The notes below the pieces were generated by a model, which had not been told where the DNA came from, made no database searches, and saw only the letters and a program-made list of their open reading frames with translations. Made by a program: the position numbers and the translations under genes. A stretch of DNA of 64,000 nucleotides from Octopus vulgaris (lineage: Eukaryota). Positions 53,899-64,000 of the stretch are shown piece by piece; the first letter of the stretch is position 1; every line of letters starts with the position of its first letter. The DNA is taken from contig OX597823.1 of assembly GCA_951406725.2 (NCBI GenBank), positions 13,144,001-13,208,000 on the forward strand. Direction: 5' to 3'.

Positions 53899-55159
53899 AT
53901 GCACCTATTAAAGAGGGACTTGGCAGAACCGTTAGAACGTCTGACTCCCTCTCAAAGCGATTTCTAATCTTGTACTAATATGAGATATAAAGAAGCGACA
54001 GACTGTTAGAATTTTCTTTGTTACAAAAGTTCAACTTCTGAGTTCAAGATAGGTCGCGGTCAACTTTGTATTTTGTACCACCGGATTTCATTAAATAGAG
54101 AACAGACTTCGAATTAACCAACAAACAGCCAACCACAAAATTTCTGTCCTTGTGCCTATACTAGAAACAATTATTATATATTATAATCATTCGTGTACAT
54201 CTTTATTACTGTTCGGATATTTTTCGGTTTCTTCCTCTCTGTCTATTTCTCTTTGTATTTTTCATTTCTTTTATTCGTTATCTCTTTCCTCGTTCAGTTA
54301 TGTGTTTCTTTTCTTACAATTTATTTTTTATTAAATAAACAGTAAAAGAAAATGATGTTGTTATCTCTGAACAACAATGTTTTCAATCAAACCTTGACCT
54401 TGGCGACTGTGAGGAATTATTTTTTCCGAACAAAAGGAAAAAAGCTTCTACTTGCTGGATAAAACAAGATTAGACTGACTTTACAGGTCAATCAAATTTC
54501 AACATCCATCTTTTATTTCGATAGTTCGAAAACACAAAGTCTTATCTATTTTAATCAAATTTTCCTTTGATTTATTTATTTATTTTCATGTTAACTACAG
54601 AATGAAAGACTACAACAACAACAACAGCAGCAACAACAAAAATAATAATAAAAAAATAATAATAAACTAAAATGTTTTTTTGTACTGTAAGAAAAGAAAT
54701 CATTGTTAAGCTGTTTATATTCTCCGTCGGAAGACTCTGTCTGGAAGTTTGTAAGTTTTTGGAGTCACATATATGAACAAGTATAATTATATGTGGGTGA
54801 TTAAGAAATTCGATTTGCATCTGCATCGCTCTGAGTTCGAATAATCTGCGTGAAATCTCGGGAAATATAATATCTACTCCTTAGTTTCGGGTTTAGCAAT
54901 CCTTCATGTCTAGATTTACGTCTTAGGAAACTATGCCATACAGCATGGTGCACTTGTATCTTTGTTTCTCTAACTATCAAACTATGTATATATATAGGTT
55001 ATGAGATGTAATAGTGTCAATAAGACCCAAAGGTATCAGGTAATGCTGAGTAAGTGCTACGGACAAACTATAGTTAAGCTCCAGATTTGGCGATTATGCG
55101 AATAAGGAGTCCAACGAAGGTCATATATCAGCATGTATATATATATATATTTTTTTTCT

Positions 55160-55984
55160 TTTTTCAGAATGAGATAAAAAAAACCCAAGGCTGTGAAGAT
55201 TTTAGAGCATTTATAGGTATAAGGTCTTACAGCTTTTCCCGGGATAATTGTTATATCCCTTAATCGGAGACGGTGTGAGAGAATGGTTAAGCAATAGTTA
55301 ATTTAGATATGAAACAGAGAGTGAAGTGGAGGAATGAAAATAGATGTGAGATATGCAGGGATATTGCATTTGAAGATCTATTATTTAGGCAGAATGGTAT
55401 ACATATAAGATTCCAATACCTAGTGAGTAAATTACAATAGTATTTAAAATTGGTCATTCCAAGTATAGAGTTTGTACACAGTGCTATTGAACCGAGGGTT
55501 TATTTAAAATGACCTATAAGTAGGGAATGTATTTGTAAGGTCAAATGGAAAACAGGAAGAGAGAAATAAAGAAAAAAGAAGAAAAAAGGAAAAGAAAAGA
55601 AAAAGGAAAAGCAAAGAGAGAGATAATAAAGAAATGAAGAGAGGGAAAGTGTACCAGTTAGTGGTCAGTCAATATAAATTGATAGTAGGAATGCGCAGGT
55701 AAGGTTGATAGAGAAAGAAAGGTATGAGTGTGTAAAATGATGATAGGGTAAAGAATAAGGGAGTGTCAGACAGAAAGATGGGGATGAGAGAGAGAGAGGT
55801 ATAATAATATAAAAGAAAAGGAGTGCTAGGTATGTAGTGTTAGAGCCTATGTGAGGGGATAGGAGTAGTAATATGGTGGAATGAAGAGTTTGGGAATTTA
55901 GATTAGGTTGGTTGCAGAGATCAGTGTTTAGTAGTAGAAGAAAATATATATGTGAAGATGTATACAGATGCATATATTAAACAC

Positions 55985-56029
<45 letters not shown>

Positions 56030-58060
56030 TAGTTATAAACATCAACATCTACACATACAACTCGTACTCATATGTATATGTACATATGCATACCCATATA
56101 TACGTGTGTCTGTATATATTATCGCCCCTGCACACGCATACACACATACATTCACAAATTCTTCTCTCACCTAAACCTATCTATCACATACTAAAACGCT
56201 CACAGAACTGCTAACTTTCTTGACGCAACTCTAAACTTATCAACCTCCCAATACTCCCCTTACCACAAAGGTAACCAATATCTTAAATACCTTAATATCC
56301 ACTCCAATCACCACAAATCCTCTTTCGGTAACATAATCAAGGGCATCTCAATCCGCATATCCGATCTCTCTTCCACTGAGGAAATTTTCAATAATCACGC
56401 ACCATATTACAATCAAGCAATCGCCGCTAGCAGCTTTTCCCAACAAATAGAATGCATCCATAACACGTGACTCAAACAATGTATGTCTCAAATCGTATCT
56501 TAAACACGCAGCTATCATCACAATCACAACCAGCCACACACATTCGTCGATGGAACCCTGGAAGGTCTTATACCTAAGCAATCTAGACCCCACACACATT
56601 CATTTAACACAAGGTCAAAAAGTTAAAACAACTAAAACTGCTAACAACAACAGGCCTCGCCACCAACAAACATTCTCCAAAAATATAGATAGCACTCCTT
56701 TATCTACAACTTAGATAGCACTACTCACAGATACCCTAAAAACCGCGGCGGACGCTTTTGTGGTACACCCCCCTCCCATTATCACTTAAAGTTAAGAACT
56801 TAGCTATATCCTTCTTTAAAATACTAGACTCTAACTTCCCTCAGCATTCTATCTTTAATCGATCCACCCTGAAACTATCTTATTCTATCCCACCCAACTT
56901 CGAATCTATTGTAGCAGCCTCTAATAAGCAAAAGCTTTCTCTTTATTATCAAAACTCACATAATTACAACGTTAATTATACGAACACTCAACACACACAT
57001 ACAGCTCCAGCACAGATAACCTTACATTAGACCACAACCACAACCCAACCCATCCTACTGACACTGCCCGGAACACCACCACAATCTAAACACCCTTAGA
57101 AATAGTACAATTAATAACAACAATAGTAATAATAACAATGATGGTAATGATAACGTTAATAATACTAATCATCTATAATCTTCTACCCGCTTCTCTAACC
57201 TCTCTACTGACGATATTACCTCCTCTTTTCCTGAACACATTCCTCAAAATTCACCTAATTGTAACTGCCGTCATGGAAGTATATCTGCTCGTTACAAACC
57301 CATTGCAGAAGATATAATGTAATTTACAAATGCACTGCCCTTAACTTATTACACAACTCTACAGCCTATGCATAGGATCAACCAAAAGTTTTAAGCAACG
57401 ATATGCCGCTCAACTCCATTCTTTTAGATACGATAAGCATAGTAAATTTACAACACTCGCCAACCACATACATCATCTCAAAAATACAAGTATACCCTAT
57501 AATCTATCATGGTCCATACTGTATTCAGGGCTTCCTACCGAGGTCAAAGCTCAACCTACAAGTGTTGCCTGAAGGAGGCACTTCACATTAAAGCACAACT
57601 CTCCAGCACTGCTAAATAAACATAATGAGGCACTAAGCACATGCAACCACCGATTTCTTCACACATTCAAATTCTACCACAAATCCAAATGCCTAAGTGA
57701 CCATACAGTATATTTCCACAATACACCTTAGGTAATCCCAATAACCTTATAAATCTATATTTGAACTCCTAATCCCTATCGAATTCCTCTTTCATACTCT
57801 AATATCACAACCATCTAATTATATATACTTGTGTATATGCGTGCATACATATGTACGTGTGTATCACCATATTACTACCCCTACACGCTTCTCTCTGCCC
57901 CATCACTTAGGCTCTATCACTACATACTTGACTCTACTTTTCTTTTACATTATTATACCTCTCTCTCTATTACCCCATTCCTTCTATCTGACACTCCTTT
58001 ACTATTTACCCTATCATCTATTTACACACTCATATCTTTCTCTCTCTATCTAAAATCATA
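55160..58060 (+). mobile_element. Decayed Penelope-like element (Neptune-type): RT C-terminus plus GIY-YIG endonuclease, with upstream inverted pseudo-LTR
   Basis: Plus-strand relic frames: NFLDATLNLSTSQYSPYHK...YLNIHSNH...IRISDLSSTEEIFNNHAPYYNQA (56200-56430); WYTPLP...IFNRSTLKLSYS (56758-57030); NCNCR...NVIYKC...CIGSTKSFKQRY...SWSIL...LKEALHI...LLNKHNEALSTCNHR (57255-57660). 55705-55880 is the reverse complement of 57865-58055. Confidence 0.88.
55224..55271 (-). ncRNA. Degenerate hammerhead motif in the inverted pLTR of the PLE
   Basis: Minus strand gtct-ccgatta-a-gggata..tatccc-gg-gaaa-agctg-ta-agac: stem I gtct/agac, stem II gggata/tatccc, mutated core. Confidence 0.5.
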
Positions 58061-58759
58061 TATATAAACAGAGAGAGAGAGAGAGAGAGATAAGGGAGAG
58101 AGATACATACATACATACATACATACATAGAAAGAAAATGAGAGAGGGAGAGACAGACATGTCTTAGAACAAATTTAGATGTAATTTTACCTTCATCACC
58201 TATTAATTATAGCCTAGAACGATCTCAGCAATTTAACAACAGTTTTGCTCGTTTCATAATGTTAGAATCTTCAGACGATTGAAAACAAATGTTGATGAAA
58301 TAGAAATTACAAAATGTGAGCACTACGATGACTTTTATACGAAGATAAACTAAAATTAAGAAAAAATTAGGTACACATTTAACTCTGTCATCTTAATAAG
58401 GATGATACGGAAAATGATTAGTTTATGAATAAGACAAATATACCAGCCAGAGAGAGAGACAGTGAGTGGGGAGAGAGAAATCGCATTGTGCGTCTTAAGG
58501 AAAATTTTGTATATTGGTAACACTAATGGAAAAAAATGAGGAGTCGATTGTTAAGAGGATGGCTCTTAAACAAGTAAAGAGCGAAACGGCAAAGGACGAA
58601 GTGACTTCTATCAAATCAAAGCCTGAATAGAAACCAACAGGGATGCACAGTGGAATATATATAAATACGTATAGACGTGTACTCATACGCTTTTATATAT
58701 ACATATATTTTTACAAAAACACGCACAAAATCATACATGATATGTGTGTATGATTCTGT

Positions 58760-60200
58760 TATACCGAGAGCATCTCACCAGTGTCTTTTAGTAACGACTA
58801 TTCGGCAATATCTACTGCTTCTTTTCCCTTATCATTGTGCTTCTGGATAGATTTGACTTTAAATTATATCCATTCTTCGCCAACTGTTTTTGAAGCCTGT
58901 GTCAACTGATTGTCACACGATAAATATACCATATTCCCATACGATATGCTTTCGATTGATGTTGCTTCAAAGCCGTTGTTCGGTAAATCTTATTCCACAG
59001 AAACACTCATTTTCCTTAACATTTTGATATACGTTCGATTTAGCTTGTCATCCATTGCTTTCATAATCGTTCATCAAACAACGCCATATTTCATAATGTT
59101 TTCTACAGTGAATTCAAAGAACTGTATTTTGTAGGCATTTGCTTTACCTTATTGTGGACATGTTTCTTGTTTACCATGCCAACTACATTGTTATTTCATT
59201 GTGTCCTTTTGAGCATTCTATTCATGGACTTAAAAACCTGAAACTACAGTATTTACTCATTTCACTCTCCATCTTTTCATAATTTAATGTGTCTTTTTTC
59301 GGTGAACTGTAATCTATAAGCTCAGTTTTCTTGTCGTTGGCTGATATACAATATCATCAACATATTGCAGTAGTGACCGAAGTTATAAATAAAAGATATA
59401 ACATAAGTTTATCTGTGTCAATAATCGTAGGAGCAGAATGACGTCTGCTTTCTCGAGACGATATTATGAATCCTGTTTATTCTGCATTCGATGTAAAAAT
59501 TTCTGATAACTAATCCAAGTATAAAATGGAATAAGATGCTAGAATGTCACCTTATAGTGCACATACCAGGGTGACGAGGAAATCTGTACCATATACGGAT
59601 GATAAAACAAGAACGACGTGATCTTAGTAGGTGTTCTTTATATCTATGGTGATGCCTAGGATATATGCTCTAAGAATATACATCAGTTTAATACGGTAAG
59701 CTAGGTCGAGTGATATGCTACAGCCTCCAGACTCTTATATATGTTACTTTCAATAGGCCTTTGTATTACCACAATTTGCGATGATGTTTATGTCCAAGAG
59801 AAAAACAATTTTGACTTATTCGCAAAATGTTCCTTATCGGTTATTCTATTAAAAACAATATTTTGATGTGGATTTTAGTTTATCATTGCTTATAAACGAA
59901 AACTTCTGCATTGCATAACATAGTACCACGCTTCGGATTGGTACTAGACTATTTTTCACCCCACTATCAGCTTTTTCCTGGCGAAATATCTTATTAGAAA
60001 GTACAAGTGATAGATTTAAAAGAGCTCCATTTTCCATGATACCACTTGTCTACTGCAAATATATGTGGCATTAATATTTCAAAAGGGCTTTACACAATTC
60101 TTCAGCTTATCATTCATAAAGACATTTGTATTTCTAGATAAGGTTTCTTTTTCATCATTAATGGTACTCTGTTCTGTGATGTTTGGTTGCTTTCCAACTG
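58760..60200 (-). pseudogene. Highly decayed RTE-type LINE reverse transcriptase region
   Basis: Ordered minus-strand relics: ILRISQNCFSLG..SQIVVIQRPIE (cf. LR.NQNGFR..RST..QI); LMYILRAY; CAL*GDILASY (cf. GVLQGDTLAPY); TGFIISSRESRRHSA; LQYVDDIV (YADD); FEFTVENIMKYG...LNRTYIKMLRK. Confidence 0.65.
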
Positions 60201-60722
60201 AGTTAGAGCATTTCATGTCTCTTTCTTATTTTCTTTCTAGATAGTTCACATTTAATTTTTTTTCCTCAATGTCTGTTCTTTCTCTTTTTTACAAATTTTA
60301 TAGATTATCATGTTAGAAACAATTGCTGGTTGTCTGAAAAAAAAAATCATACGTGTTTTAACTAGAAGATAATCTCCAGGATCTAGTTGTTAGTTGACAT
60401 TTTTCATTGCTCATCTTTTTAATTTTCTGAATTTACTCAAGTATATATTTACAAATGTATGTGTATATAAGAATATGCTTTACAAATGTAAATGCTTACT
60501 TATAAGTGCGCGCGTGTGTGTGTATGTGTGTGTGTGTATGTGTGTGTGTGTATTTATTTTCGTGTTCATGTTCAGCTACAATAAAAACAATTTACATTAA
60601 TCTGATGGGATACTCTATACTTTCTAACATACATACACTCGCTCTCTCTCTCGTTCTCTCTCTCTCTCACGCACACATACACATATGTATATTTATACAT
60701 ATATAGACACATACACACACAC

Positions 60723-60776
<54 letters not shown>

Positions 60777-61148
60777 CAGATAGATATGCCTATACCTATA
60801 TAGATACGTAAATGTCGGGCAATGAGAATGAGTGCTTAATGCCGCATTGGTGGATAAAGATTCTCTATTTGTGTATTTAGGCTATCATTGGTTTCATGTG
60901 AAAAAAATTACTTACATATCATGCACTAAAGATTTTGACTACACGCACTCACACACATATATTCACACATACGAAGGTCACACCTCCAAGCTGGCAAGAC
61001 TTTTGATATTAAAAATGACCTAATGGTCTTAAGCGGTCTTGTTTCATTTTACCACCCACCCTCCACTAGTCGGCAATTTAAGAGATATATGTTTATGTCT
61101 GCCTGCATGGTCGACTCTCGGCGGTGTCTATGTCTGTCTGCCTGTGTG

Positions 61149-61192
<44 letters not shown>

Positions 61193-61684
61193 CATATCTA
61201 CGTATGCGTCTATATATCTATAATGTGTCTGTATATATCTTATATGTTGAAACAGCGTCTGTGTGTCTGTGTTTTGTTGTGGCGAAAAAATACTTTTTCT
61301 TAGAATAGTTTGCACAAAATTTTTTAAAGAAATCTGGATATCTTTCTTACTGATAAACACTTAGCTTCAAATTATAATATTTGTTGGAAGTCAAGTAGAT
61401 GTACATATAGTGTTATCGTATAGTGAAAGTTCAATGGTTAGTAATCCATTACCTTAAATTTGAAGCCATTAAGACATTTTAAACATTTTTTTACTGGGTT
61501 TAGTTTATCGACAGTTGCTATGATAGTATATCGCCTTCAAAAGTTTAATTGACCATACTGACCTCTGTACGTATTTGAATCTGGCATTTATTTTATAGAT
61601 CTCTGCTTGATGAACTGCTACTTTTGAGACATAGTAAGTTACAATACTCGATTTAACAAAAAATGTAAACACACATACACATAT

Positions 61685-61842
61685 AATAGGTGCATGAATG
61701 ACTGTGTTGTTTAGAAGTTCGCTTCCCAGCCACATTGTCCCACGTTCAGTCCCTCTGCATGGTACCTTGGACCAATTTTTCCAATATTGTCCTCGGCCAA
61801 CAACAGAACTGGGGCTGAATTTGGTAGACGGAAACTGCAGCA
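61685..61842 (+). mobile_element. Degenerate SINE family A head
   Basis: gttcagtccctctgcatggtaccttgg...tttggtagacggaaactg. Confidence 0.7.
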
Positions 61843-61849
61843 TTGTTCA

Positions 61850-62828
61850 TCAGAAAATCACCGAAAATCATGTTTATAATGAACAGCGGTGTGAATTACT
61901 GCATTATCATCCTGAAAGATTACGTTTTCCGCCGGAAACAGTCCCACAATCATAGGATTAATTTGACCTGATAACTTGCTTAAATAGTCTTGACTATTAA
62001 TTCTGACATAAAGGGAAACCATTGGGCCGGAGGATTTCCAAGATATAGCCCAACCCCACCCCACCAGATTATCACAGATCCTCCTCCATGTTTAACAGTT
62101 TGAAGAATGCAGTATGGGTCAAATATTTATTTTGGCTGTCTGCACACGTATACTCAGCTGGTGGCCGGAAATAAGGTAAAGGATGACTCGTCAGAGAAAA
62201 TAACATACTTCCACTGCTCTAGGGACCAATTCTGTAGGTTTTTACTCCACTCTAAACGCTTTGCAACGTTTGTCTTTGAAAGTAGTGGTTTTATGATTAC
62301 AGCCCTCCTGCGATATCTGGCTTTGTGTAGCTCCCGGTGAACAATGTTTGTAGAAACTGGGTTTTCAGGGTGGTTATTTAGCTCTGCAGGAATTTTGGGA
62401 GCTTTACATTTGTGATCCTTTCTAGCGTAAGAATTTCGCTGGTCCTTAGCTGGAAGTTTTGGTTTTCTTCCGGAGTTTTGTTTCGACGAGTGGGTTTTTC
62501 CCTCTTTCTCAAAGGCTGTCATTACTTTCGATACAGTACTTCTTGATACACTAACCAGTGCGGATGTTTTCATTACGCTAGCGCCTGCCATACGAGCACT
62601 AACAATTTGACCTCTTTGTATGTCCGACAGATCTGTCATTTTAATGAATTTAATTTCCTTTTTACTGATGATATCTGAAAAAGAACAGCAATTGTAGCAA
62701 AACATATTAAGCAACACTAATAATAAATCAACAAACATAAAAATACACTAGCTTTTGATAGTTTTATAGATATTTCAAAATTATGATGTTATGATGCTAG
62801 GAGTTCCCATTATTTTGTTTTACCCCTG
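61850..62828 (-). mobile_element. Tc1-family transposon, 5' TIR plus disrupted transposase (3' end lost)
   Basis: Begins TA|caggggtaaaacaaaataatgggaa at 62828. ORF 62154-62738 MTDLSDIQRGQIV...VSRSTVSKV (HTH), GRKPKL, WKYVIFSDESSF; downstream frame FQDDNAVIHTA supplies the second catalytic Asp. Confidence 0.9.
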
Positions 62829-63011
62829 TATACACACACACACATACACAGATAGATAGTAACAGAGGGAGAGAGAAGGATAGAGAGAGAGAGAAAGAGC
62901 GTCGTTACACCTTTCGATTGTTTGAAGATGCATTCTGCTTTCCTGACACCGGTCTCTGAGGGATTGTAATGAGTCAATGGCACCGTCTTCCTCCAAACGA
63001 ATGGATAAGGG

Positions 63012-63049
<38 letters not shown>

Positions 63050-63054
63050 CATAT

Positions 63055-63117
<63 letters not shown>

Positions 63118-64000
63118 AACATTTATATATATATATACATAGATATATGCGTGTATGTATGTATACATATATATATGTGTCCGTATGTGTATGTATTTAT
63201 CTGTTTATAAGGAACAGTTGTTTGTGTGTAATTTTTAAAGACTTTTGCAGCTTTTTTTATGGATAAATTTTGTAAATTCACTTTTATCATCACTACAGCC
63301 TGTCTCAAACTCATGCTCAGTGTATGGAGATATGTTGGCTTCTGTACCGCCTCCAAGTCAACAAGTACTATTTTAACCTTCATACTTTTATGGTACCAGA
63401 TATGTGTCATAATGTCCGTGATGTGTGTCTGTTGTTCGTGTGTTAAATCTCGCGAAAATTAGCACACAAACACATTAACAAAGGCCATTCAGCCACGAAC
63501 AAGTATTAACAATATGTGACACTTCAAACTAATCATCTCTAAAAAATTAATGTTTCATTAAAAGCTTGACATATACATTCAACAGGTTAACAGCTAAATA
63601 CTCTTACAATCAAGTCTTTAACAGCCATCTCAGAACTACATTCACACCAAGAAAACTATCCTGCCATGACATCAATATTTTCAGACACAATAGGACATCA
63701 ATATTTGCAATCACAATAGGACAAACATTACAGCAAACTTCATCCACTAATCAACCTTTATTAGATGAACGGATACCTTCTGTTATTGTTGTTGTTGTTG
63801 TTGTTATGGTTATATTTTGCCATATAAACACCCACACTATATATTTGGTCTTCACTTCATTAAGTTTCTGTCAAAGCTCTTTCATCGACTGTTTATCCCA
63901 CGTGTCTCCTCCTGTTCTGCTTATGACATTTTTTCTGTCTTTTTATCTTACAATAAATGTAAAACAACATAACGATATGAGCGATAGGAAAGAGCTGGGT

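Noticed and set aside
62895-63012. Minus-strand cagagaccggtgtcagg as an HHR 3' half
   Set aside because: The core 5' half and GAAA are both altered; insufficient evidence.
63123-63462. ORF with IVLVDLE, reminiscent of tubulin or RT motifs
   Set aside because: Flanking residues match neither family; too short to support.

Overview
AT-rich eukaryotic intergenic or intronic DNA. The SINE families and dense (TA)n/(CA)n/(TATC)n/(TTA)n microsatellites resemble octopus (coleoid cephalopod) repeats; this is an inference from memory, not a database result. No convincing host exon was found, and almost all long ORFs are microsatellite artefacts. Recognisable content: one near-canonical tRNA-Glu(TTC) (2606-2677); at least four tRNA-headed SINE families in many copies, including fixed-junction dimers; restriction-like-endonuclease (R4/Dong-type) LINE remnants; a decayed RTE-type LINE; a CR1-group LINE tail; an ORF1-only poly(A) retroelement; Tc1, mariner and maT/DD37D transposase relics; two copies of a MITE with 8-bp TSDs carrying TTAGGG repeats; and a decayed Neptune-type Penelope-like element (PLE) with an inverted pseudo-LTR. 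The most notable signal is a set of non-coding fold-back elements, mostly in or beside (TA)n tracts, many carrying minimal type-I hammerhead ribozyme (HHR) motifs. The best example is a 3-kb palindrome (49221-52223) with ~1-kb near-perfect arms and an intact-looking hammerhead near each outer end. Coordinates were counted by hand and repeat boundaries are approximate.
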